The position numbers and the translations under genes were made by a program. The notes beneath the pieces are model-generated. The model was not told where the DNA came from and did no database searches. It saw only the letters and a program-made list of their open reading frames with translations. This document shows positions 9,437 through 19,668 of a stretch of 64,000 bases of DNA, in pieces. Source of the DNA: an uncultured Solirubrobacterales bacterium (lineage in GTDB: Bacteria > Actinomycetota > Thermoleophilia > Solirubrobacterales > JACPNS01); NCBI GenBank assembly GCA_937128795.1, contig CAKZMQ010000019.1, forward strand, positions 45,571 to 109,570. The letters run 5' to 3'. How positions within the stretch are numbered: the first letter of the stretch is position 1; each line of letters begins with the position of its first letter.

Positions 9437-10084
9437 TCAGTAGCGCCGCTGGGCGCGCCCGGCCACCTCAAGTTCGGGGCTCAGCTCGCCCCAGTTCAGT
9501 CGTGGCAACTCATACGCGGCCGCCAGCGTCGACTGCCCCAACTGCTCAACGGCGCGCACCGCTATCTGACCGCACGCCTGGGCATCGGAAAGCGCATTGT
9601 GGTGGTCCAGCTCGATCTGCAGAAACTCGCTCAGCGTGCTCAGCTTGTGGTTTTCTGGTGCGGCGCGCAGATCACCGTCAGCCGCCTCCTCCACGTCGCG
9701 CAGGCGTCGCTTGGGCCAGGCCGATCGCGCCAGTTGCATCGAGCAGCCGTAGCGAATCGTCGGTGTCTGAAGACTTGCCCGCTGCAGCTCGCCGCGCAGC
9801 ACGCCGATGTCGAAGTTTGCGTTGTGCGCGACCAGCGGATAGCAGGCGGCGTAGTGGATCAGTTCGGGCCAGATGTCCTCAAACGTCGGCGAGTCGATCA
9901 CCTGGTCTGGCGTGATCCCGTGAATGCGAATCGCCCCTCTGTCCCAACGGCGCGCGCTGATCTTTGGATTGAGCAGCGTGTAGAGCTCGTCGATCGCCAC
10001 ACCGTCCTCGAAGTGAACGATGCCAATCGCGCAGGCCGCACCCCACGAGGCAGTCTCGAAGTCGATCGCTACGAACGAATCCAT
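9437..10084 (-). CDS. DnaQ-like DEDDh 3'-5' exonuclease
   Basis: Exo motifs AIDFETAS, VAHNANFDIGVL, HHNALSDAQA in a 215-aa ORF. Confidence 0.8.
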   Translation of the reverse strand: MDSFVAIDFETASWGAACAIGIVHFEDGVAIDELYTLLNPKISARRWDRGAIRIHGITPDQVIDSPTFEDIWPELIHYAACYPLVAHNANFDIGVLRGELQRASLQTPTIRYGCSMQLARSAWPKRRLRDVEEAADGDLRAAPENHKLSTLSEFLQIELDHHNALSDAQACGQIAVRAVEQLGQSTLAAAYELPRLNWGELSPELEVAGRAQRRY

Positions 10085-10162
10085 TGGCGTGCCGTGCGCG
10101 TGATCATCAACTGAACGCTACCGCCACGACTGGTCAGCTGCAGCCGCCAAGGCGCGGCTCGG

Positions 10163-11683
10163 TCAGCGCAGTCTGAGCACGAAGGACTTGATTCTCGACT
10201 CGACTCGGGGATTACCGGAGAACGTCGCCGTCGCGCGAATGCGCTTGCGAAGAACGCGCTTGGGCAGTTTGTAGACGTGCCGCGAGACGCAATAGCCAGC
10301 TGAGTCGCGCACGAGCGAACGCTTGACGTAACGCTTACGAACACCGCTGATCGCGAGCGAGAGTCGCATGCTGCCTGCGCATGCCTCGGCAGCCGAAACG
10401 CCACGCGGCACTCGGTACCGGATGACCATCGACGACCGAAATCGACTAGAACGCTTCTTTCGTTTCGGACGCTTGGCCGTTTTCAACCGCATCACGCCGG
10501 TCGAGAACACCGCCGGGCTGGCGGCGCCCGTCAGCACAACTGACGCCCCCGTTGAATCCGCACCCACGGTGAGCACGTTCATCACGGTCGAGTGATTGCC
10601 CTCGGCGCGCGGAAAAAAGAGCACGTCGATACTGCAGGACGATCCGGGAACCAGTGTGAGGCCGCCGCAGCCGTCACGCATCACGTTGAATTCGGAGGAC
10701 AACAACCGCCCGATTGGCTGCACCGTGACCGGTTCCTCGCCGGTGCTCGTGAACAGAATTGATTTCGTCTCGCCGAGCTTTCCTGCAGAGACGGTCGCGA
10801 AACCGACCACCGGAGTCGCAGTCGTCAGCGACTTGCCCGTGAACGTCGAGATCCAACTGGTGAACGACGAAACACGCGTGTACACACCTGGCTTCGCCGG
10901 CTGGGCGCATGGGTCAGAACCCCAGCTGGTGATTCCGACCAGCCGCAGGCTCGGCCCGCTGCCGGTCACGAGCGGCCCGCCGCTGTCGCCAAAGCAGGTG
11001 TCGGCAGGCGACGACGTTGCGCACGTGTTGGAGGCGAAAATCGCGCCGACACCCCACGCGTTGGTGCAGTCAAAGTTCCCGACCGAGGCGAGCGTGGCTT
11101 GGTAGAGATCAATCGGATAGTCGCCGGGATCATTGCCGTCTGGGTCCACCGACCCCCAGCCCGCGACGTTGACGGGGTCTCCGAACGCAGGGTCCTCGTT
11201 GGGCGCGGCGAGCTGAATCCAGCTCGGCGCCGCCGGGGCGCTCGCGAGCTTCACCAGCGCGATGTCGTTCTCGGCCGACGCCGGGTTGTATTGAGGATGG
11301 ATGTGGACCGACGCCACTCCGAGGGTTTCGCCGCCCAGCGCTGTGAGCGATTTGCGTCCGTAGAGCACCGCGCCCGGCGTCAATCCACCGTTTGCCGTGT
11401 CGACGCAGTGGGCGGCGGTCACGACCCAGCGGGGCTTGATCAACGAGCCGCCGCAGTACTGCGAACCGCCGGATGTATTTTGCAGCAACGCGACGACGAA
11501 CGGCCACTGTGCCGGGTCATTTGGCACGACGGTGCCATTGATGATGTCTGCACCGGGAGGCGAAGCGCCAGCACCCGGGGGCGCAGCATCGGCATTGGCG
11601 CGCGGGGCACCGGCGAGCAAGGCAATCATCGCGAGGCAGAGCAGCGCGATCGAAGAACGACTTGGACCAAAAGGATTCGTCAT
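10163..11683 (-). CDS. Secreted trypsin-like serine protease (S1) + choice-of-anchor-D/HYDIN-like beta domain + basic C-terminal tail
   Basis: Signal peptide ...LLAGAPRANA. IINGT start of the mature domain. WVVTAAHC (His), NDIALVKL (Asp), CFGDSGGPLV (Ser). Middle domain ..MRDGCGGLTLVPGSSCSIDVLFFP... K/R-rich tail ending ATATFSGNPRVESRIKSFVLRLR. Confidence 0.85.
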   Translation of the reverse strand: MTNPFGPSRSSIALLCLAMIALLAGAPRANADAAPPGAGASPPGADIINGTVVPNDPAQWPFVVALLQNTSGGSQYCGGSLIKPRWVVTAAHCVDTANGGLTPGAVLYGRKSLTALGGETLGVASVHIHPQYNPASAENDIALVKLASAPAAPSWIQLAAPNEDPAFGDPVNVAGWGSVDPDGNDPGDYPIDLYQATLASVGNFDCTNAWGVGAIFASNTCATSSPADTCFGDSGGPLVTGSGPSLRLVGITSWGSDPCAQPAKPGVYTRVSSFTSWISTFTGKSLTTATPVVGFATVSAGKLGETKSILFTSTGEEPVTVQPIGRLLSSEFNVMRDGCGGLTLVPGSSCSIDVLFFPRAEGNHSTVMNVLTVGADSTGASVVLTGAASPAVFSTGVMRLKTAKRPKRKKRSSRFRSSMVIRYRVPRGVSAAEACAGSMRLSLAISGVRKRYVKRSLVRDSAGYCVSRHVYKLPKRVLRKRIRATATFSGNPRVESRIKSFVLRLR

Positions 11684-11733
11684 CTAGCGGTGAAGTTTGA
11701 CGGATCGGTTTGGCGACCGCGTCCGATAACGAA

Positions 11734-13242
11734 CTACTTGACTCTCAGGGTCTTCGCCACGCGACCGGCGATCATCGCGTCGTTACCACTGAAGTTCGCG
11801 GTGACCCTGGTCTTCTTGCGCTTCACGCGTTTGGGCAGCCTGACCTTCACCACCGCGAGGCAGGTCGATCCATTCGCCTTCACCCTGCCCTTGCTGATCA
11901 GCAACCTGCGACCACGCGGAATCTTCACCCACACGCGAACGGTGCCCTTGCACATCACGGTTCGCGGCGTGCCGGGCGGTGGTTTGAAAGTCACGTTGTA
12001 ACGCGCGAGGATCTGGTTACGGCGCTTCTTGATCCGCTTCGCTTTTCTTGACTGCTTGACGGTCAGCTTCAGCGACTTCGAGTCGAATCCACTGCCGCTA
12101 CCGAAGACGTTGACCTTGATCGACGGCACTGTTGGCGCATCGGTCACGAACTTGACGTATCCGCTGCGCGCGATGACTGCACTCGGATCGAACGCAACGT
12201 CGACGTTGCAGAACGCACCGGGTGCAAGTTGCACGCCCGAGCAGCCATCGGCGACGACGGCAAAGTCAAGCCCGGCCTGTTCAATTCCGTGGATCGTGAT
12301 CGGCTGCGAGCCCGTGCTCACGACCGTGATCGGTTTCACGTAGGCACCCGCGAGCACGCTGATCGGCCCGAAATCGACGCTTGACTGAGCGGGCTTCGCG
12401 GCCTTGCCGGTGTAGCCCAGCACCCAACCAACGAAAGACGAGACGCGCGCGTAGACGCCGGGGTAAGGCTCCTCCGCGCAGCCTTCGCCCCAGCTGGTGA
12501 TGCCCGCAAGACGGGGACCGTTGGGAGAGTCGTACACAAGTGGTCCGCCGCTGTCGCCCTGGCAGGTATCACGCGAGTCGCCGCCGTCGAAATGTCCGGC
12601 GCAGAGACTCGAACCGATGATCAGCCCCGGGCCATAGAGCGATGAGTAGGCCGATTCGCAGGCGGCATTGCTGAAGACGTCGACCGTGGCCTCTTGGAGT
12701 TCGTCGGGGAAGATGTCTGCGGTCGTGCTCGTATTGCCCCATCCGGCGATCGAGACCTGAGCGCCCGGTGGTGGATCCTCGCTGGGAAGGGCCGGCTGGA
12801 GTGGCGTGGCCGAAGTCACCGGCTCGGCGAGGCGTAGAAGTGAGATGTCGTTGTAGGCGGTGTCTGCGTTGTACTGCGGGTGTGGGATCGTCTGGGCGAC
12901 TTGGATCGTCTGGCCGCCCGACCCGGCGAGGTTTTTCTGCCCGATCAGAATGTAATTCGGCGATCCGCAGTGCGCCGCGGTGACCACCCAGGTCGGTGCG
13001 ACGAGCGTGCCGCCACAGAACTGTGAGAGCGGATTCGTGCTGCTGAGCAGCGCGACGATGTACGGCCATTGGTCGGGATCATTTGGAACGGTCGTTCCGT
13101 TGATGACCTTCGCCGACGGTGCCGCCGCGTCCGCATTTGCCGTAGACGTTTGAAACGTTGCTGCCAGCGCCATCACGGCGAGCGTCGTCGCGACGAGAAC
13201 GGCGAGGACGTACGAGCTCTTGGAGGTGAGGGTGGTCGGCAT
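11734..13242 (-). CDS. Secreted trypsin-like serine protease (S1), tandem paralog with the same three-part architecture
   Basis: Signal peptide ...FQTSTANA. VINGT. WVVTAAHC, NDISLLRL, CQGDSGGPLV. Middle domain ..ADGCSGVQLAPGAFCNVDVAFDP... Basic tail ending VTANFSGNDAMIAGRVAKTLRVK. Confidence 0.85.
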   Translation of the reverse strand: MPTTLTSKSSYVLAVLVATTLAVMALAATFQTSTANADAAAPSAKVINGTTVPNDPDQWPYIVALLSSTNPLSQFCGGTLVAPTWVVTAAHCGSPNYILIGQKNLAGSGGQTIQVAQTIPHPQYNADTAYNDISLLRLAEPVTSATPLQPALPSEDPPPGAQVSIAGWGNTSTTADIFPDELQEATVDVFSNAACESAYSSLYGPGLIIGSSLCAGHFDGGDSRDTCQGDSGGPLVYDSPNGPRLAGITSWGEGCAEEPYPGVYARVSSFVGWVLGYTGKAAKPAQSSVDFGPISVLAGAYVKPITVVSTGSQPITIHGIEQAGLDFAVVADGCSGVQLAPGAFCNVDVAFDPSAVIARSGYVKFVTDAPTVPSIKVNVFGSGSGFDSKSLKLTVKQSRKAKRIKKRRNQILARYNVTFKPPPGTPRTVMCKGTVRVWVKIPRGRRLLISKGRVKANGSTCLAVVKVRLPKRVKRKKTRVTANFSGNDAMIAGRVAKTLRVK

Positions 13243-13320
13243 CCGTGCGGAAGTGGATCGCTTCGGCCCGCGAACAGGCCGCTACTTCAGTTAGGTATCG
13301 GCACCCGAACCAAAACATTT

Positions 13321-13355
13321 ACCCAAAAACACGAAAACCCGGCGATCGCCGGGTT
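13321..13355 (-). terminator. Rho-independent terminator downstream of ahcY
   Basis: Perfect 20-nt palindrome AACCCGGCGATCGCCGGGTT (13336-13355). On the minus strand it is followed by TTTCGTGTTTTTGGGT. It lies 33 nt after the ahcY stop. Confidence 0.65.
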
Positions 13356-13387
13356 CTCGTTCAACTCCTATGTGCTGGATCGCTGGC

Positions 13388-14836
<1,449 letters not shown>

Positions 14837-14896
14837 TGCTTTGGGTCTCCTTGGGGTGCTGGTCTTGTTGGGGTGAGGCCGAAAATCTTGCTTGGA

Positions 14897-15313
14897 TTAG
14901 TTGGTCGGGGCTGCGAGTGAACTGATCAGCCGCTTGTGCTTTTCCTGCTCCCAGCTGAGCCAATCGCCGGGCGAGACATCCTCCGGCTTCTCGGCCTGCT
15001 GGTCGAGCCACTCATTGACGGCCCTGTCGATCTCGGGTTCATCGCGAAGGCGCTGAACGAAGCCGACGTCCGCGATTTCGAGCTTGTTCTGCTTGAGCAG
15101 CTCACGAAGAGTTCGCAGGCGCTGTAGCTCGGCCGGCCCGTAAAGGCGATAACCGCCTGTCGAGCGAGGGGGCTGGACCAGCCCGACGCTCTCGATGTAA
15201 CGAAGCATGCGCGACGACCAGCCTGTGGTCTCCGCGGCTTCGTTGATCGTAAGTGCCTTCGCGCCGCTGCCGGCATGCGAGTCTGACGCGTGAGCGGGTG
15301 CCTCCGTAGCCAT
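14897..15313 (-). CDS. MerR-family transcriptional regulator
   Basis: HTH LTINEAAETTGWSSRMLRYIESVGLVQPPRSTGGYRLY. ATG at 15313 (MATEAPAH..). The longer ORF start at 15385 is unsupported. Confidence 0.8.
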   Translation of the reverse strand: MATEAPAHASDSHAGSGAKALTINEAAETTGWSSRMLRYIESVGLVQPPRSTGGYRLYGPAELQRLRTLRELLKQNKLEIADVGFVQRLRDEPEIDRAVNEWLDQQAEKPEDVSPGDWLSWEQEKHKRLISSLAAPTN

Positions 15314-15402
15314 CTCGGAGAACCTTATCAAAGCTGTGTGAAGGTTTGCAAGGCAGGACCTTGTTTGCAGGACCGGACCTCGCAAGGCGGTGGCTTTGTG
15401 GC

Positions 15403-16455
15403 TTAGGCGGTGATCGAGATCATCCGCTCGATCGGTACTCGCGCTCGCTCGGCGATCGCCGGATCGATTTCGACGGTGAACTTGTCGTCGCGAAGCGAAT
15501 CCCGCAGGCGTTCGAGGGTGATCGTCTTCATGAAGCCGCAGACGGCGCCGTCGCTGGCCGGAACGAACTCACGGTCGGGCGCCGCCAGGCGCAGTGGGTG
15601 AAAAATCCCCTCCTCGGTGGCGACGATGAACTTCTTCGCCTTGCTTTTCTTGACGTGCTCGATCATGCCGCCTGTGCTGAGGATGAACGTGCGGTCCGGG
15701 TCGATGTCGCCGCAGGCTAGGTATTCCATCGCGCTGGTCGAGCAGCCGCATTCGGGGTGGATCATCAAGTCCGCCTCAGGACTGTCGTCGAGCATCTTCT
15801 GCAGATCGGCCGGGCGGATGCCGGCATGCACATGGCACTCCCCCATCCAGACCTTCATCGGGCGCTTGGTCATCTTCTCGACGTAGCTGCCGAGGAACAT
15901 GTCCGGGCCGAAGAGGATTTCCTTGTCCTGGGGTATCGCGTTGACGACGTTGACGGCGTTGCTGCTGGTGACGCAGTAGTCGGTCTCGGCCTTGACCTCC
16001 GCAGTTGTGTTGACGTACATCACGACAACGGCGCCCGGGTTCTCTGCCTTCCAGTCGCGCACCTGCTGCGCGGTGATGCCGCTGGCGAGCGAGCATCCAG
16101 CGCGAGTGTCGGGAATCAACACGGTCTTCTCTGGACTGAGGACCTTCGCGCTTTCGGCCATGAAGTGGACGCCGCAAAAGACGATTCGCTCGGCATCGGT
16201 CTTTGATGCCTCGATCGACAAACCCAGCGAGTCGCCGGTGTAGTCGGCGACGTCCTGCACCTCTGGCACCTGATAGTTGTGCGCAAGAATCACCGCGTTC
16301 TTCTGCGCCGCGAGGCCTCGTATCTCGGCCGAGAGTTCGGCGATCCGCTCGGCCGAGGGTGCCTCGGGCAGCGGCGGTGGCATCACCGGAAGCATGAATG
16401 CCTCGGCGCGTTTGGAGTCCTCGCGTTCGGGAGTGACTGTCGGTGGTGGTGTCAT
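15403..16455 (-). CDS. nadA: Quinolinate synthase
   Basis: 350 aa with ILAHNYQVPEVQDVADYTGDSLGLS, VFCGVHFMAESAKVL, MIHPECGC. Confidence 0.95.
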   Translation of the reverse strand: MTPPPTVTPEREDSKRAEAFMLPVMPPPLPEAPSAERIAELSAEIRGLAAQKNAVILAHNYQVPEVQDVADYTGDSLGLSIEASKTDAERIVFCGVHFMAESAKVLSPEKTVLIPDTRAGCSLASGITAQQVRDWKAENPGAVVVMYVNTTAEVKAETDYCVTSSNAVNVVNAIPQDKEILFGPDMFLGSYVEKMTKRPMKVWMGECHVHAGIRPADLQKMLDDSPEADLMIHPECGCSTSAMEYLACGDIDPDRTFILSTGGMIEHVKKSKAKKFIVATEEGIFHPLRLAAPDREFVPASDGAVCGFMKTITLERLRDSLRDDKFTVEIDPAIAERARVPIERMISITA

Positions 16456-16586
16456 CCGATGTCCCGTCGTTTACGTAAATATGTTCCGCCGCGGTACCCG
16501 GGGTGAGGGTCGCCAGTCGGAATGTCTTGATCGCTAGATCCTACCGCGCCGTAACTCAAACGCGTCCCGGCAGCGGCTGAATGCGC

Positions 16587-17420
16587 TCAGCGTTGCTCGA
16601 CAATCATGCTCAGGTCCAGTGCCTGCGCGCCATGCGTGATCGACCCCATCGAGATGAAGTCAACGCCGGTCTCTGCCGCTGAGCGGACGTTTTCGAGTGT
16701 GTAGCCGCCGGAGGCTTCCAGCTTGGCTCGACCGTCGACCCGCGCCACCGCAGCTTGCAGCTCGTCGTCGCTCATGTTGTCGAGCAGCAGATGGTCTGCG
16801 CCGGCGGCCAATGCCTGGTCGATCTCGTCGGAATTGCGAACCTCGACCTCGAGCGACAGGTCGGATCCATCGCGACAACGCTCGATTGCTGCCGCGATCC
16901 CGCCCGCCGCGGCGCTGTGGTTCTCCTTGATCAGGATCGCGTCGTACAGGCCGGCTCGGTGATTGGTCGCCCCACCCGCCGCGACGGCCGCTTTCTCAAG
17001 CGCGCGCATGCCCGGTGTGGTTTTGCGGGTGTCGAGGATCTGCGCAGTGGTCCCGGCAACTGCCTGTGCGGCTCGCGCGGCAGCGGTCGCCACGCCGGAG
17101 AGATGCATCAAGAAGTTCAGCGCGGTTCGTTCGCCCGTGAGCAAGGCCGCGGCCTGTCCGGAGATCGTCGCCACCTCGCCGTCTTCACGCCACACGCCCT
17201 CGTCGACGACGCGGGCGTACTCGGTCGTGGGATCGATCTCGTGGAACACGTACTCGGCCACGTCGTGACCAAAGATCACTCCCGGAGCTTTTTGCCGTAT
17301 CGCCGCGTGTGCGGGTTGGACGAGTTCGACGGTGAGGTTCGTCGTGACGTCGCCGCTGCCGACGTCCTCGGCAATCGCCAGCGCGACGAGCTGCGCGTAG
17401 TCGTCCCTCTTCAGGCCCAC
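16587..17420 (-). CDS. nadC: Nicotinate-nucleotide pyrophosphorylase (quinolinate phosphoribosyltransferase)
   Basis: 277 aa. ALAEDVGSGDVTT N-terminal motif, ..LDTRKTTPGMRALEKAAV.., ..ILIKENH.., C-terminal ..VDFISMGSITH. Confidence 0.9.
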   Translation of the reverse strand: MGLKRDDYAQLVALAIAEDVGSGDVTTNLTVELVQPAHAAIRQKAPGVIFGHDVAEYVFHEIDPTTEYARVVDEGVWREDGEVATISGQAAALLTGERTALNFLMHLSGVATAAARAAQAVAGTTAQILDTRKTTPGMRALEKAAVAAGGATNHRAGLYDAILIKENHSAAAGGIAAAIERCRDGSDLSLEVEVRNSDEIDQALAAGADHLLLDNMSDDELQAAVARVDGRAKLEASGGYTLENVRSAAETGVDFISMGSITHGAQALDLSMIVEQR

Positions 17421-17424
17421 GCCG

Positions 17425-18576
17425 CTATTCGTCTTCCCGAATCGATCGTTCGCTGCCGGCGCGCTCAGACGGCCGGCCGGCCGCGCGACGCGTCAGCTCT
17501 GCATGCACAAAACCATCAAGATCGCCGTCGAGCACGCGCTGCACGTCGCCGACTTCGAAGTTGGTGCGGTGATCCTTGACCATCGAATACGGGTGCAGCA
17601 CGTAGGAGCGAATCTGCGAACCAAAGTTGACGTCGAAAGCCTCGCCCTTCTCGGCCGACATCTCGGCCGCGCGCTTCTGCTCCTCAAGCGCAACCATCTG
17701 CGCGCGGAGCATCTTCATCGCGGTGTTCTTGTTGGCGCCCTGCGAGCGCTCGTCCTGGCACTGAACAACGATGCCCGTCGGTCGATGCGTGATGCGCACG
17801 GCGCTGTCGGTCTTGTTGACGTGCTGTCCGCCGGCTCCGGACGCGCGATAGGTGTCGATCTGCAGATCGGAGTCGTCGATCTCGATGTCGATGTCGTCGT
17901 CGACCAACGGGGCGACCTCGACAGCGGCAAACGACGTCTGACGACGGTGCGCGCTGTCGAATGGCGACAGTCTGACCAAGCGATGCACACCACGCTCGGC
18001 GGTGAACAGGCCGTACGCGTTCTCGCCGTGCACCAAGAAGGTCGCATGCGTGATGCCGGCCTCCTGACCGGGCGAAACCTCTTTGAGCTCAACCTTCATT
18101 CCGCGGCCTTCGGCCCAGCGCATCTGCATCCGCAGCAACATCTCGGACCAGTCCTGGGCGTCGGTGCCGCCAGCGCCGTCCTGGATTGACACCACAGCGT
18201 CGCCGTTGTCGTATCGACCGGTGAACAGGCGCTCCTCCTCGAGTACCGCCATGCGCTTCTCGATGTCGGCGAGCTGCTGGTCGAACTCCGCCGCCAATGA
18301 CTCGTCCTCGACCGCCATCTCTGCAAGCGTCGTGAGATCCTCGATTTCGTTGGATACCGCGTCGAACTCTTCGAGCTTCTTGTTCAGTCGCGAGTACTCG
18401 GCGTTGACCTTGGCCGCTGCGTCTGCGTCGTCCCAGAATCCCGCCTCGCCCATCTGCGATTCGAGTTCTGCGGCACGCTCGGCCACCGTCGGGCGATCGA
18501 GTGCGTCGGAAAGCAAGTCGAGCTGCCGCTTGAGGGCATCGATTCTTGTTGACAGTTCGTGGGCGTCCACAGCCAT
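17425..18576 (-). CDS. prfB: Peptide chain release factor 2
   Basis: GGQ motif SGAGGQHVNKT and RF2-specific SPF (RLSPFDS). Single uninterrupted 383-aa ORF. Confidence 0.95.
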   Translation of the reverse strand: MAVDAHELSTRIDALKRQLDLLSDALDRPTVAERAAELESQMGEAGFWDDADAAAKVNAEYSRLNKKLEEFDAVSNEIEDLTTLAEMAVEDESLAAEFDQQLADIEKRMAVLEEERLFTGRYDNGDAVVSIQDGAGGTDAQDWSEMLLRMQMRWAEGRGMKVELKEVSPGQEAGITHATFLVHGENAYGLFTAERGVHRLVRLSPFDSAHRRQTSFAAVEVAPLVDDDIDIEIDDSDLQIDTYRASGAGGQHVNKTDSAVRITHRPTGIVVQCQDERSQGANKNTAMKMLRAQMVALEEQKRAAEMSAEKGEAFDVNFGSQIRSYVLHPYSMVKDHRTNFEVGDVQRVLDGDLDGFVHAELTRRAAGRPSERAGSERSIREDE

Positions 18577-18639
18577 GCGTGCGGAAGGCTACTCCTGCCA
18601 TTCACCCGAGTCGTCCACGCAAGGTCATAACCTTGGCGA

Positions 18640-19359
18640 ATGGGAACAGGTGTTCGTACTCTGCCGGATCGACCGGACCGTGTCGTCGCCGTCAGCGTCG
18701 GCGTGCTCTGGGGCCGCAAGCATCGAGAGAACCGTCCCGAGCTACTGCCGGTGACCGGCGTCGGCGTGGTTGTGGCAGACATCGCCACAGGCGATGTGAT
18801 CGTCGAACGTCGTGACCTGCTCGAGGCGGACGACTTGAAGATTGTCGCCGAACATCTGCTCGACCTGAAACTGCCGATCATCACCTACAACGGCCTTCGA
18901 TTCGATTTGGTTGCGCTCGGCTCGGTCGTCGACGTCGATCGTTTGATCCCGCACACGATCGACGTCTACTCGGCGCTGTATCGCTGCGCCGCCGAGATCG
19001 TCAACGCGGAAGGTGCCTCGGGATTTCCGGTCAGGGGCGACTACGGCGTGCTGCACCCGCAGCGCGTCGCCGAGACGAACATCGGCCACGTGCCCGGAAG
19101 CAATGAGGATGCAATTGGCGAAGCCGAGCTTGCGCTCGCGCTGTGGCATCACTTCGTGACGTACGAACGGGCAATCGTCGCGGGTCGTACGCATGTTCTC
19201 GACGACAGCGGTTTGGAGCTGCTTCGCGGCGAGCAGCCAGCCTTTGCGGATGCCGACGAATGGCGCACTGCGCTTGCCGATCGCCCGGAGCCCAAGCCAT
19301 ATCGACGCCGTGATCGCAATCAGATCACTTTCCCGCGTGTCGATCAGCGTTACGTCTGA
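18640..19359 (+). CDS. Hypothetical protein, possibly RNase H-fold PolB-like 3'-5' exonuclease
   Basis: ATG 18640, GC3-rich 239-aa ORF divergent from prfB. LPIITYNGLRFDLVAL resembles the (t/y)NGxxFD motif of the predicted PolB-like exonuclease family. The function is tentative. Confidence 0.5.
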   Translation: MGTGVRTLPDRPDRVVAVSVGVLWGRKHRENRPELLPVTGVGVVVADIATGDVIVERRDLLEADDLKIVAEHLLDLKLPIITYNGLRFDLVALGSVVDVDRLIPHTIDVYSALYRCAAEIVNAEGASGFPVRGDYGVLHPQRVAETNIGHVPGSNEDAIGEAELALALWHHFVTYERAIVAGRTHVLDDSGLELLRGEQPAFADADEWRTALADRPEPKPYRRRDRNQITFPRVDQRYV

Positions 19360-19376
19360 GTTTTAAAGCTGATTAG

Positions 19377-19428
19377 TAGCGCTTTTGTAACGCTTTTAGC
19401 GCTTTTTTAGCGCTGTTATCGGTATAGT
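19377..19428 (+). promoter_or_regulatory. Candidate vapBC promoter/operator: four helically phased TA(G/A)CGCT repeats plus a TATAGT -10 box
   Basis: TAGCGCT at 19377, 19397 and 19408, and TAACGCT at 19388 (spacing 11/9/11 bp; the core AGCGCT is palindromic). TATAGT at 19423-19428 sits 6 nt before ATG 19435. The stretch is AT-rich in a GC-rich genome. Confidence 0.45.
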
Positions 19429-19431
19429 GAG

Positions 19432-19668
19432 ATGATGGGCACGATCCAGATCAGAAATATCCCCGACGATGTCATCCGAACACTGAAAGTTCGCGCGGCA
19501 AAATCTGGGCAATCGCTTCAGGAGTACATGCGAGAGCACCTGATTGAAGATGCCAGCAAACCGACCGTTCGCGAATTGATGGAAGAAGTGCGATCAAGAC
19601 ACGACGCGTCCGCTCCTGACCTGGATCTTGAAACCACATTGAAGGCGATCGACGAGGGTTGGGAGTGA
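19432..19668 (+). CDS. Ribbon-helix-helix antitoxin (VapB/FitA-like)
   Basis: 78 aa. MGTIQIRNIPDDVIRTLKVRAAKSGQSLQEYMREHL is typical of RHH 'plasmid stability' antitoxins. The stop overlaps the start of the PIN gene (GTGA). Start is ATG 19432 or 19435. Confidence 0.75.
   Translation: MMGTIQIRNIPDDVIRTLKVRAAKSGQSLQEYMREHLIEDASKPTVRELMEEVRSRHDASAPDLDLETTLKAIDEGWE

Noticed and set aside
14837-14896. Possible SAH riboswitch upstream of ahcY.
   Set aside because: Only 60 nt separate ahcY from the merR stop. The spacer contains an AAGGAGA RBS but lacks the length and conserved pairing elements expected of an SAH element.
15345-15387. Possible third, degenerate copy of the REP-like palindrome (TTGCAAGG...GGACCTTG...CCGGACCTCGCAAGG) between nadA and merR.
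   Set aside because: It shares short words with the element but cannot fold into the long hairpin, so the similarity may be chance or a decayed copy. It is also where the merR promoter or operator should lie.
17425-18576. Programmed +1 frameshift site expected in many prfB genes.
   Set aside because: The ORF is continuous from its ATG through the GGQ and SPF motifs, with no in-frame UGA near codon ~25. Frameshift-less prfB is common in high-GC Gram-positives.
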